A stretch of 46,452 nt of DNA from contig DGHJ01000001.1 of assembly GCA_002392625.1 (NCBI GenBank), positions 1 through 46,452 of the forward strand. The letters run 5' to 3'. Source of the stretch: Oscillospiraceae bacterium UBA3851. Lineage in GTDB: Bacteria; Bacillota; Clostridia; Oscillospirales; Oscillospiraceae. The position numbers and the translations under genes are program-made. This document shows positions 1 through 8,047 of the stretch, in pieces; within the stretch, counting starts at the first letter, position 1, and each line of letters opens with the position of its first letter. Below the pieces are notes generated by a model. The model had not been told where the DNA came from, made no database searches, and saw only the letters and a list, made by a program, of their open reading frames with translations.

Positions 1-816
1 CAGTGGTGTATCGCGGCCGTGCCCGGCGCGGCCTGGGCCAAGAAGGTCTTCCCCGGCCTTAAAAAGAATCAGGCCATCGAAAAGCTCTGGGAGGCAATCC
101 TCTTCACTTCTCGCGCCGACGGCGAGGATCCCATCGCCGCCTGGGAGGCCCATAACAAGGATCTGCATGATCGCTGCGAATATCTGAACAGCCTGGGCAT
201 AGCCGAGCTGCGCTACCGGGGCGACAACGGCACGAACCTGACCGTCGGCATGATCCCCGAGGGGACCTTCCTCGGCGGCCAGGAGACCACGATCGCAGGT
301 CTGCCCTTTGACGCCAATATCCCCAGCGAGGAGTGCTACACCTCTCCCATGCGAGGCAAGGCCGAGGGCATCGTCTACGCCACCAAGCCCCTCAGCTACA
401 ACGGCGAGCTGATCGAGAACTTCTCCGTCCGCTTCGAGGGCGGCAAGGCCGTGGAGGTCAAGGCCGAGAAGAACCAGGCCCTGCTGGAGCAGATGATCGC
501 CATGGACGAAGGCGCCGCCTATCTGGGCGAGTGCGCCTTGGTGCCCGTGAATTCCCCCATCTCCGAGTCCGGCATTCTCTTCTGGGATACCCTCTTCGAC
601 GAGAACGCCGCCTGCCACCTGGCTCTGGGCATGGGCTTCACCAACACGATCCGCGGTTTTGAGAGCAAGACTATCGATGAGTGCCGGGCGATGGGAATTA
701 ACGACTCCATGGAGCACAACGATTTCATGATCGGCTACGAAGGCCTGGACATCGACGCGGTAACCCACGACGGTAAGACCGTTCCCATCTTCCGCAGGGG
801 AAAGTGGGCGTTCTGA
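1..816 (+). CDS. Aminopeptidase, peptidase M29 (AmpS/aminopeptidase II family), 5'-truncated by window edge
   Basis: Frame is open from base 1 (QWCIAAVP...). Motifs NIPSEE, LGECALV, TLFDENAACHLALG and HNDFMIG are typical of M29. Confidence 0.9.
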   Translation, partial: QWCIAAVPGAAWAKKVFPGLKKNQAIEKLWEAILFTSRADGEDPIAAWEAHNKDLHDRCEYLNSLGIAELRYRGDNGTNLTVGMIPEGTFLGGQETTIAGLPFDANIPSEECYTSPMRGKAEGIVYATKPLSYNGELIENFSVRFEGGKAVEVKAEKNQALLEQMIAMDEGAAYLGECALVPVNSPISESGILFWDTLFDENAACHLALGMGFTNTIRGFESKTIDECRAMGINDSMEHNDFMIGYEGLDIDAVTHDGKTVPIFRRGKWAF

Positions 817-922
817 GCCCGCCTGTAGCGCCGGCAATCTGCCGGCCACGCTTTCCCCGCAAAGACAGGGAAATGCAAAATGCAGAATGCAGGAATATGA
901 ACCAAGAGGAGGAGTGGAGCAA

Positions 923-1267
923 ATGCGTGTTACACGAGAATTCGACGAGTTAAAGTTCTTTGCGGATGTGAAGAAAAGACCCGGTGTGTATTTTGGGAAT
1001 CCGTCTTTACTATCTTTGCGGGATCAGTTGTCTGGCATGGAGTATGCCTCTTCCTTTTACACTGATGAAACGCCGCTGCGATATTTCCGAGCCTTTGTGA
1101 CGTGGTATCAGAATGAAAAGATTGAAGACCAGAACGGATATGCCTGTTGGTGGAATCATCTGTTATATATCTGCGGCAATGATGATCGCTATGCTTTTGA
1201 GCGCTTCTTTGTCACATTTGAACGATATTTACATGAGGTGCACCACATAGGCCTTCCTCTTATGTGA
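923..1267 (+). CDS. Hypothetical protein (~114 aa), low GC
   Basis: ORF 887..1267; ATG at 923 follows GAGGAGTGGAG. Contains KKRPGVYFG and CWW motifs; family not recognised. Confidence 0.6.
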   Translation: MRVTREFDELKFFADVKKRPGVYFGNPSLLSLRDQLSGMEYASSFYTDETPLRYFRAFVTWYQNEKIEDQNGYACWWNHLLYICGNDDRYAFERFFVTFERYLHEVHHIGLPLM

Positions 1268-1298
1268 CCGCTTCTGCTTTTCTGCACACCGTGAATGT

Positions 1299-1392
1299 CT
1301 TTTGGGCGTTCTTTCTTTGGATTGGTGTCCTTTTGCGCGCTCTTTCACATCAAAGAAACCTCTTTTGTCTACCGGGACAAAAGAGGTTTCTT
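1299..1392. repeat. Intergenic ~90-bp repeat, copy 1, ending in a perfect 17-bp inverted repeat
   Basis: AAGAAACCTCTTTTGTC (1353-1369) - TACCGG - GACAAAAGAGGTTTCTT (1376-1392). 1299-1389 aligns ungapped to 3312-3402 with 11 mismatches by hand count. Confidence 0.9.
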
Positions 1393-1431
1393 CTTGCATT
1401 TTGGGCGAAAAACGATCTGTGAAAAAAATAC

Positions 1432-1487
1432 TTGACAAATCCGGGGATCCGTTATAATATAAACACGTTAATGTAAACGCGTTTATA
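1432..1487 (+). promoter_or_regulatory. Sigma-A promoter with overlapping inverted repeat (probable TetR operator)
   Basis: TTGACA at 1432-1437; TATAAT at 1453 or TAATAT at 1455. IR TATAAACACGTT (1458-1469) / AACGCGTTTATA (1476-1487). The downstream operon ends in a TetR gene. Confidence 0.7.
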
Positions 1488-1516
1488 AAACAAAAGGAAA
1501 GGCGGATTCGACAAGA

Positions 1517-2023
1517 ATGATACTGATCGTAAATACCACCACAGACGCATCCGTAACGGATGATCTGAAAAATTCCCTGGCAGGCCGCGGGGCCGACTTT
1601 GAGATCATCGAGGCCGGAGGTCTTCGGATCAGTCCCTGCATCGGCTGCAATCACTGCTGGCTGAAAACCCCCGGGGAATGCTCGATCAAGGATGATTTTG
1701 AAAGGATCCTGAAAAAGATCGTGCACGCGGACCAGATGTGGGTCATTTCGGACACGGCCCTCGGGTTCCTGGACCATAAAGGAAAGAACGTCTATGACAG
1801 GATGCTTCCGATCCTGACGATGTATCTGACGTTTTACAAAGGGCAGCTGCGGCACGTGCCGCGATATGAGAAACTGCCCGACGTTGGACTGATCTGTCTC
1901 GGAAGCGTTGAAAAAGCGTATTTGAAGCGATGGAGCGAAAGAGCCGCCCTGAACTTCATGCGGAAGTCCCTGGGCGTGTTTGAAAGAGGCGAAATGAAGG
2001 AGGCGGTATCATGCATGTGCTGA
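1517..2023 (+). CDS. Flavodoxin-fold / iron-sulfur flavoprotein-like NAD(P)H-dependent oxidoreductase
   Basis: PCIGCNHCW...GECSIKDD motif of the multimeric flavodoxin WrbA/Isf group. Confidence 0.75.
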   Translation: MILIVNTTTDASVTDDLKNSLAGRGADFEIIEAGGLRISPCIGCNHCWLKTPGECSIKDDFERILKKIVHADQMWVISDTALGFLDHKGKNVYDRMLPILTMYLTFYKGQLRHVPRYEKLPDVGLICLGSVEKAYLKRWSERAALNFMRKSLGVFERGEMKEAVSCMC

Positions 2024-2658
2024 TCATAAACGGAAGCCCGCGGGTCAAAAAATACAGCAACACGAATTATATCCTGGTAAAATTCACCGAAGGCCTGCGT
2101 GAAAACGGCGCCTCCTTTGAGCAGTACGAGATCTCCGACAGAGGATCCTGGGATCAGATCCGGCAGGCCTTTGACCGGAACACCGTCATTTTGATCGCGC
2201 TTCCCCTCTACGTGGAGTGCATCCCGGGGCTTCTGATGGAGTTCCTTGAGACTCTCACACCCAAAAGCGACGGATCGAAGATGGCGTTCCTCCTGCAGGG
2301 CGGATTTATGGAAGGTGTACAGCTTCGCTGCGGAGAGGCCTATCTTAAGATCTTGGCGGGCAAACTCGGATGCGCGTACATGGGAACGCTCGTAAAGGGC
2401 GACAACTTCATGATCCGTTTCTTTGAAGGAGAATGGCGGGAAAAAGTCACCGACCCATATGCGGACATGGGCCGGGAATATGCTCTTAACGGAGATTTCA
2501 ATTCCAAAGCGTGCAAAAAGTTCACGGGACACGAGAAATTCCCTCTCCCCGTGCGTATCTACGTCGGGCACATATTGAAGACACAGGCCGCAAAAGGCTT
2601 TGAACAGATAGCGGCGGCGTTTGAATGTGACAAGCCGCTCGACTTCAAACCGTATTAA
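2011..2658 (+). CDS. Flavodoxin-family NAD(P)H-dependent oxidoreductase
   Basis: N-terminal IINGSPR..SNT FMN-binding loop and PLYV motif; overlaps the upstream gene. Confidence 0.75.
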   Translation: MHVLIINGSPRVKKYSNTNYILVKFTEGLRENGASFEQYEISDRGSWDQIRQAFDRNTVILIALPLYVECIPGLLMEFLETLTPKSDGSKMAFLLQGGFMEGVQLRCGEAYLKILAGKLGCAYMGTLVKGDNFMIRFFEGEWREKVTDPYADMGREYALNGDFNSKACKKFTGHEKFPLPVRIYVGHILKTQAAKGFEQIAAAFECDKPLDFKPY

Positions 2659-2670
2659 CAGGAGGCCGAT

Positions 2671-3270
2671 ATGGGCAGAAAAGTTCGGATCACGCGGGAG
2701 ATGATCCTGCAGGCTGCCTATGAGATTCTGGACGAAGCCGGGATCGGGGCTGTCGGGATCAAGGCGATCGCATCAAGGCTCGGCTGCTCGACGCAGCCCG
2801 TTTCCTGGGTTTTCGGCAGCATGAAGGAACTGAAAAAGGAGTTGTTCCGATATGCGAACGCGAGGGCTTTTGCAGGGCTCCCGGAGCAGATGACCGGAAG
2901 AAACGCCATCGACGCCTTCTTTGCTTCCGGAGTCTATTATCTTTCCATCGCCTGTGAGCACCCGAATGTATTTCGCTTCATCACTGTGGACGACCCGATG
3001 GATACCATCGGGGAGCCGGTGCGGGACAACAAAAGCATCTTTTCGTTTGAATTCGACGCCGACGCGGCAAATCTGCTTGCCGGGGAATATGACGTCCCGC
3101 CCGAGACGATCGGCAATACTGTGAAGGATATCGTGATCTACACCCACGGCCTGGCGGTCATGATGATGCACGACAGTTACAGGCTGCCGAAGGAAAACGC
3201 CTTTAAAATGGTCTATGACGTGGGCGAGAAACTGCTTCACTCGATCGGAATAGATAAAATCAGTACTTAA
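2671..3270 (+). CDS. TetR/AcrR family transcriptional regulator
   Basis: N-terminal HTH (ITREMILQAA...IASRLGCSTQPV..FGSMKEL). Confidence 0.85.
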   Translation: MGRKVRITREMILQAAYEILDEAGIGAVGIKAIASRLGCSTQPVSWVFGSMKELKKELFRYANARAFAGLPEQMTGRNAIDAFFASGVYYLSIACEHPNVFRFITVDDPMDTIGEPVRDNKSIFSFEFDADAANLLAGEYDVPPETIGNTVKDIVIYTHGLAVMMMHDSYRLPKENAFKMVYDVGEKLLHSIGIDKIST

Positions 3271-3311
3271 ATATACAAGGTCAAAGATGCGATCTATGTT
3301 GTACTGGTATA

Positions 3312-3402
3312 CTTTTAGGCCTTCTTTCTATGCTTTGGTGTACGTTTGCGCACTCTTTCCCATGAAAGAAACCTCTTTTGTCTACCGGGGCAAAAGAGGT
3401 TT
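3312..3402. repeat. Intergenic ~90-bp repeat, copy 2
   Basis: AAAGAAACCTCTTTTGTCTACCGGGGCAAAAGAGGTTT plus upstream flank, direct repeat of 1299-1389. Confidence 0.9.
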
Positions 3403-3408
3403 TTATTG

Positions 3409-3437
3409 TTGTACATCGGAGTCAAACATAGTATAAT
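3409..3437 (+). promoter_or_regulatory. Sigma-A-type promoter
   Basis: TTGTAC (3409-3414) - 17 bp - TATAAT (3432-3437). Confidence 0.6.
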
Positions 3438-3473
3438 TATCTTAACAAATCGGTATTTGCAGGTGAGTTGATT

Positions 3474-3920
3474 ATGGTTTTTTTAGATACGGATTTTCTG
3501 GAAAGCAACGAAATCAAGCTGCTCTTGGAACGGAAAGCGGAAGCCGATCCCGTGAGAAACTGGGTTCCCGCATATCATTTTATGATTTGCGATAAGCAAG
3601 GGAACGGTATGGGGCAATGCGATTTGAGAATCGGATATAATGACGGCCTTTATTACGGAGGCCATATTGGTTACAGCATCAATGAAGAATACCGTGGTCA
3701 CCATTATGCAGCAAAAGCATGTATGCTGTTGTTTGAACTTGCCAAGAGGCATGGAATGGATCATCTGTATATTACTTGCGATCCGGATAACTGGCCTTCA
3801 AGGAAAACCCTTGAATACCTGAAAGGTGAATTATTGGAAATCGCAGAATTGCCTGAAGATAACGACATGAGGGTCAACGATGGCGATACCGAAAAATGTA
3901 TTTTTAGGTTTGATCTATAA
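3474..3920 (+). CDS. GNAT family N-acetyltransferase
   Basis: GQCDLRIG...GGHIGYSINEEYRGHHYA...TCDPDNWPSRKTLE; ATG at 3474 after AGGTGAG. Confidence 0.85.
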   Translation: MVFLDTDFLESNEIKLLLERKAEADPVRNWVPAYHFMICDKQGNGMGQCDLRIGYNDGLYYGGHIGYSINEEYRGHHYAAKACMLLFELAKRHGMDHLYITCDPDNWPSRKTLEYLKGELLEIAELPEDNDMRVNDGDTEKCIFRFDL

Positions 3921-3974
3921 ATTCCCGTTTACCGGGATAACAGCGTTACGTTTGTGTGTTTTTACCTCAAAAAA

Positions 3975-4130
3975 TGTACGTTTGTACGCTCTTACACAAC
4001 AAAGAAACCTCTTTTGTCGTTCGGCAGGGTTTTTATCGTTGCGGTTACCAACAAGAATGACTCATTTGTTTTCAGAGAAAAGGACATTTTTGAATGATGT
4101 TTGTCCTGACAGGCAAAAGAGGTTTTCTTG
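3975..4130. repeat. Intergenic repeat, copy 3, with hairpin arms separated by ~95 bp
   Basis: TGTACGTTTGTACGCTCTT...AAAGAAACCTCTTTTGTC (4001-4018) and GCAAAAGAGGTTTTCTT (~4113-4129). Confidence 0.75.
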
Positions 4131-4194
4131 TTGTTTTTTGCGGCTGATGATCATATAATTACCTCAATAATCGGGACGGACAGGGGGCGTAATC

Positions 4195-4734
4195 ATGCTG
4201 GAACTGAAAAGATTGACTTTGAATGATGGAATGGACATTTACAACATGCTTCAGGAAATCCCGAAAGAAGAAAACGGATTGATGAACGGAGCAAAGGGCC
4301 TTTCTTTCTCCGAGTTCAAAAAATGGCTGGCAAAGCAATATCAATTGTCTGTGCAGGAAGGGGTGAAGGACGGATGGAAAGTCCCATCCACCACATTCTG
4401 GCTCTTTGCGGACGGTACGCCTGTCGGCTTTGGCAAAGTAAGACATTGCCTGACCGACGCATTGCGCAGAGAAGGCGGAAACATTGGGTGTGCCATTGCC
4501 CCGCGATTCCGCGGAAAAGGATACGGTAATGCAATACTTCGGCTGCTGCTTGAACAGGCGAATGAGATTGGTGTTCAAAAAGCGTTGGTAACGATCCGTA
4601 CAGATAACGTACCTTCTCAAGCTGCCGCACTGGCTAACGGAGGCGTTATTACAGATAAAACGGATGAGAGATTATATATCTGGATCGATACCGATGAAGC
4701 GCGGCGGTCACGTTCTTCTTTTCCTGAGGCATGA
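4195..4734 (+). CDS. GNAT family N-acetyltransferase
   Basis: GWKVPSTTFW, GGNIGCAIAPRFRGKGYG and N..S...ANGG motifs. Confidence 0.85.
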   Translation: MLELKRLTLNDGMDIYNMLQEIPKEENGLMNGAKGLSFSEFKKWLAKQYQLSVQEGVKDGWKVPSTTFWLFADGTPVGFGKVRHCLTDALRREGGNIGCAIAPRFRGKGYGNAILRLLLEQANEIGVQKALVTIRTDNVPSQAAALANGGVITDKTDERLYIWIDTDEARRSRSSFPEA

Positions 4735-4753
4735 TGTTTTTTGATTTACTGCG

Positions 4754-4809
4754 GTCTATCAGCACAAGTGAGGTTTCTTGTTGCCCTTATACGGCAGCCG
4801 TGGTATAAT
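4754..4809 (+). promoter_or_regulatory. Degenerate right half of the intergenic repeat followed by a sigma-A promoter
   Basis: GTCTATCAGCACAAGTGAGGTTTCTTGTTGC resembles the right arm; TTGCCC (4781) - 17 bp - TATAAT (4804) with TG extension. Confidence 0.5.
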
Positions 4810-4857
4810 TAATCCGGGTATTCTGGGTTTTGCCCGGTGGAGAGGATGATTTGACCC

Positions 4858-5268
4858 GTGATCCGAGAAAAGAGCTGCGGCGCTGTGATCTATACGATAC
4901 GGGACGGACGGCGCCTTTACCTGGTCGAGCTGATGCAGAAAGGCCATCGCTCCATCTGCAAGGGACACGTGGAGAAGAATGAGACCGAGCACCAGACGGC
5001 GGCGCGTGAGATCATGGAGGAGACAGGCCTGACGGTGGCGTTCATTGACGGCTTTCGGGAGACCATCGAATACAGCCCCTACCAGGGCTGCATGAAGACG
5101 GTCGTCTTCTTTCTCGCCCGCGCGCAAGGCAGCGACGTAACCGCCCAGGAGGAAGAGGTCAGGGAAATCGAATGGCTGCCCTATCGGGAAGCGCTGGCAG
5201 CGCTGACCTTTGATTCCGACCGGCAGACGGTGCAAAAGGCGGAGGCGTTTTTAAAGGCGCGTTCGTGA
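4858..5268 (+). CDS. NUDIX hydrolase (Ap4A-hydrolase-like)
   Basis: EKSCGAV N-terminus; Nudix box KGHVEKNETEHQTAAREIMEETGL. Confidence 0.9.
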   Translation: MIREKSCGAVIYTIRDGRRLYLVELMQKGHRSICKGHVEKNETEHQTAAREIMEETGLTVAFIDGFRETIEYSPYQGCMKTVVFFLARAQGSDVTAQEEEVREIEWLPYREALAALTFDSDRQTVQKAEAFLKARS

Positions 5269-5331
5269 TCGGCAGATCGGCGGCGGGGGAGCTGCCCTGC
5301 GGCGGCGGATATGAAACTACGGAGGAGAACC

Positions 5332-5958
5332 ATGATCGTAGATGCGTTTACATTCACCATGAAGGATGGGCGGGAGGCTCTGATCCGCAGCCCGAAGGAG
5401 GAAGATATCCAAGGAATGCTGGACTACCTTAGGCTTTCGGCGGAGGAGACGGAGTTTGTTCTTCGCTATCCGGAGGAGTGCGGCAAGTACACGCCGGAGG
5501 GGGAAAAGACGCTGTTTGACAGAGTCAACGGATCGGACCATGAGGCCATGCTGGTCTGCCTGGTCCAGGGAAAGATCGCCGGAAACTGCCAGATCACGTG
5601 GAGCACGGGCCTCAAAACCAGGCACCGCGCCAACGTTGCCATCGCCCTGCTGCGCGAATACTGGAATCAGGGCATCGGCACGTGTCTTTTTGAGCAATTG
5701 ATACGGATCGCGGAGGCAAACGAAAACATCCTGCAAATGGAACTGGATTTCGTTGAGGGCAACACCCGCGCAAGAGCGCTGTACGAAAAAATGGGCTTTC
5801 GGATCACCGGGGTCAAGCCGAACGCGATCCGACTGAGGGACGGGACGCTGCTCAATGAGTACGCCATGGTCCGGGAGATTTCGCGGCAGACCGTGGGAGG
5901 GACCGTGCCTGTCCAGTATCATCAAACCCGTAAAGACATCCCTGTGGAGAGAACCTAA
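5332..5958 (+). CDS. GNAT family N-acetyltransferase
   Basis: EYWNQGIG and N.RARALYEKMGF motifs; ATG 5332 after GGAGGAG. Confidence 0.85.
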   Translation: MIVDAFTFTMKDGREALIRSPKEEDIQGMLDYLRLSAEETEFVLRYPEECGKYTPEGEKTLFDRVNGSDHEAMLVCLVQGKIAGNCQITWSTGLKTRHRANVAIALLREYWNQGIGTCLFEQLIRIAEANENILQMELDFVEGNTRARALYEKMGFRITGVKPNAIRLRDGTLLNEYAMVREISRQTVGGTVPVQYHQTRKDIPVERT

Positions 5959-5982
5959 AGACAGCATAAAGGAGAGAGAAGA

Positions 5983-6507
5983 ATGGAATTGATACAGAGC
6001 TTTTCCGTAGATCATACGCGCATCGTTCCCGGCATTTTTCTCAGCCGGGAGGATCAGGTGGGCGGCGGCACGGTCACGACATACGATATTCGGCTGAAAC
6101 GGCCCAATCGGGAGCCGGTGATCGACGTGGCTGCGATGCATTCGCTGGAACACATCATAGCCACGTTTCTTCGGAACGATCCGGAATGGAAGGATGAGGT
6201 GATCTATTGGGGGCCGATGGGCTGTCTGACCGGCTTCTACCTCATTCTCAAGGGCAGCCGCGCTCCCCAGGAGATCTTCGACTTGATGCTGCGCGCTTTC
6301 CGATCAGTGCAGGAAGCGCAGGACGTCCCCGGCGCCGCACCCGTCAACTGCGGGCATTACCTGATGCACAACCTGGGTATGGCCAAGTGGTACGCGGAGG
6401 AGTTCGCGGCCTACCTCGAAGCGAACGCAGAGAACCCTGCGATCTTTGCCTATCCGCGGGCGGAGCGGCTTGTTACCGACGACGGACAGCGGTTTTTCGA
6501 TTCGTGA
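5983..6507 (+). CDS. luxS: S-ribosylhomocysteine lyase (AI-2 synthesis)
   Basis: SFSVDH, YDIR...PN, HSLEH, GPMGCLTGFY and NCG motifs. Confidence 0.95.
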   Translation: MELIQSFSVDHTRIVPGIFLSREDQVGGGTVTTYDIRLKRPNREPVIDVAAMHSLEHIIATFLRNDPEWKDEVIYWGPMGCLTGFYLILKGSRAPQEIFDLMLRAFRSVQEAQDVPGAAPVNCGHYLMHNLGMAKWYAEEFAAYLEANAENPAIFAYPRAERLVTDDGQRFFDS

Positions 6508-6532
6508 GAATGGCGTTGTCAACTAATAAATC

Positions 6533-6586
6533 AAGGCGTTGCCTTCATTCAGCCCTGCGGGCTGTTTTGAGGCAACGCCTTTTTTC
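6533..6586. terminator. Hairpin between convergent genes (probably bidirectional terminator or REP-like)
   Basis: AAGGCGTTGCCT (6533-6544) / AGGCAACGCCTT (6570-6581) with inner CAGCCC-TGC-GGGCTG, followed by a T run. Confidence 0.7.
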
Positions 6587-6619
6587 TTTCCAGATCAAGC
6601 CTGCGCCGACAGGCGAGGG

Positions 6620-7051
6620 TCACAGCTGGGTGTCGTCCTGGGAGGAATAGTCGCCCTCGACGGTCTGGATGGGGCCGCCGATCTTATCCAGGAACTGGCT
6701 GATGGAATCTTCGCCGGGGACAGCATAGGAACCGTCCAGATACTGGGCGGACCCGAAGCCGAGGATGGCGTAAAAGACCGGGGGCACGAACGCCATGCCC
6801 ACGCCGAAGCCGGTGGACCGGTTGAAGCGATGGGCCAGCTCCACGTTGTAGCGGACCAGCACAACGATGCCGTACACGGGGATCAGCAGCATCAGAAACC
6901 GCATGGGGGTGCCATACAGGATGCCGAAGAGCGTGTAGAGATTGTAGCCGGGGATGATGCCCTCCCAGCCGCGGCGGCCCATTTTCTGGTACACACGCCA
7001 CGACGCTGCGAGAAGGACCACGACGTAGATCAACTCAAAAACATATTTCAT
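6620..7051 (-). CDS. DUF5684-like membrane protein
   Basis: W.VYQKMGRRGWEGIIPGYN...LAHRFNRSTGFGVG...ILGFGSAQY pattern; RBS GGAGG on the minus strand. Confidence 0.8.
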   Translation of the reverse strand: MKYVFELIYVVVLLAASWRVYQKMGRRGWEGIIPGYNLYTLFGILYGTPMRFLMLLIPVYGIVVLVRYNVELAHRFNRSTGFGVGMAFVPPVFYAILGFGSAQYLDGSYAVPGEDSISQFLDKIGGPIQTVEGDYSSQDDTQL

Positions 7052-7138
7052 GTTGATTCCTCCCTCAATGTTCGTTTTGATATACTTCTTTGGGGGGCGG
7101 AGGGGAGCGGGCGGGGCCGCGCCCCTCCGCCCGCCTAT

Positions 7139-7167
7139 AATGTATCACAGTTTTCACCCGGATGCAA
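7139..7167 (-). promoter_or_regulatory. Promoter of the DUF5684-like gene
   Basis: Minus strand TTGCAT - 17 bp - TACATT with TG extension; a GC-rich hairpin (~7094-7132) lies in the leader. Confidence 0.45.
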
Positions 7168-7302
7168 TCCTGTATCCACGTTTTTTTACCGAAGACGGCC
7201 GATTATTTCCCGTTATTCGGAGGAGAGGCGGCACCGGAAGAAGACGGCTGTGCCGGAGGGGAAAGCGGGCTGGAGAAAGTTGCCGCTTCGGGTCGAAAAA
7301 CC

Positions 7303-7331
7303 TTGCTTTTTGTCAATGCGAATGGTAAAAT
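7303..7331 (+). promoter_or_regulatory. Sigma-A promoter upstream of the tetR-led locus
   Basis: TTGCTT (7303-7308) - 17 bp - TAAAAT (7326-7331), extended TG at 7323. Confidence 0.6.
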
Positions 7332-7383
7332 AAACGAAAGCCGCAGCGCGTCGGCAGTGCGCGGCTGTTCATTTTGCCAACGA

Positions 7384-7401
7384 ACCGAGCGGGCGCTCGG
7401 T
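7384..7401. promoter_or_regulatory. Palindrome, probable TetR operator
   Basis: ACCGAGCG-GG-CGCTCGGT, perfect 8-bp arms between promoter and tetR start. Confidence 0.6.
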
Positions 7402-7446
7402 AAATTCCGGGAACAAAGCATGGGATGCCGAAAGGTGGGGGTGAGA

Positions 7447-8007
7447 ATGGAAGCAAACGCGCGAAAGAAGGGGATCGTGGGCGAGTGCCTGGCGCTGCTG
7501 GTAGAGCGCGGCCTGACGAACACCACGACCAGAGATCTCAGCCGGGCCATGAAGCTGCAGAACAGCGGCATGTACTACTATTTTGCCTCCAAGGAGGACC
7601 TGATCATCGCCTGCGCGGAGGAGGCCATCCTGCAGGTGGAGGAGCGGATCATCCGACCGGCCGTCTTCCTGGCCAGAGAGCCGCGGCGGATGATAGAACA
7701 GCTGACGGAGACGGCGCGGGAGGCCTCGCCGATCATGAAATTCTTCGTCTCCGTCTGTGCCGACAGGCGGTATGAGGAGAGCATGAAGCCGGTGCTGGCG
7801 CGGCAGAGCACCCGCTACGCCCGCTATGCGGCCGACTTTGCCGATGCACTGAACGCCGACGCCAGGGAGATCACGCCGTTCATCTACATGATGTTCACGG
7901 CGATCTCAAACTACATGGTGTACGGCGAGAAAACGTTCATATCCCCGCAGCTGCGGGCAGTGCAGATCAAATTTGAGCGATTGACGGAAAACGATCCGGC
8001 GGAATAA
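7447..8007 (+). CDS. TetR/AcrR family transcriptional regulator
   Basis: HTH RGLTNTTTRDLSRAMKLQNSGMYYYFASKEDL; likely start is ATG 7447 rather than 7162. Confidence 0.85.
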   Translation: MEANARKKGIVGECLALLVERGLTNTTTRDLSRAMKLQNSGMYYYFASKEDLIIACAEEAILQVEERIIRPAVFLAREPRRMIEQLTETAREASPIMKFFVSVCADRRYEESMKPVLARQSTRYARYAADFADALNADAREITPFIYMMFTAISNYMVYGEKTFISPQLRAVQIKFERLTENDPAE

Positions 8008-8047
8008 CCGGGTAAACGAAAAAAATATTGAGGATGGGAGAAGAACT

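Noticed and set aside
1299-4130. Repeated palindromic element as a CRISPR array
   Set aside because: Copies are 0.7-2 kb apart with whole genes between them; no regular spacers and no cas genes.
5983-6507. luxS as part of the toxin locus (quorum control)
   Set aside because: Separated by a terminator and an oppositely oriented gene; LuxS is commonly just methyl-cycle metabolism, and proximity alone is not evidence.
6518-6586. GTCAAC-initiated hairpin as an IS200/IS605 or omega-RNA end
   Set aside because: No tnpA/tnpB/iscB nearby; position between convergent genes fits a terminator.
7162-7446. N-terminal extensions of ORF-track calls (also 24558, 26275, 27035, 35231, 39726, 45418)
   Set aside because: They run over promoters or upstream genes; downstream ATGs match the domain starts, most with an evident RBS.
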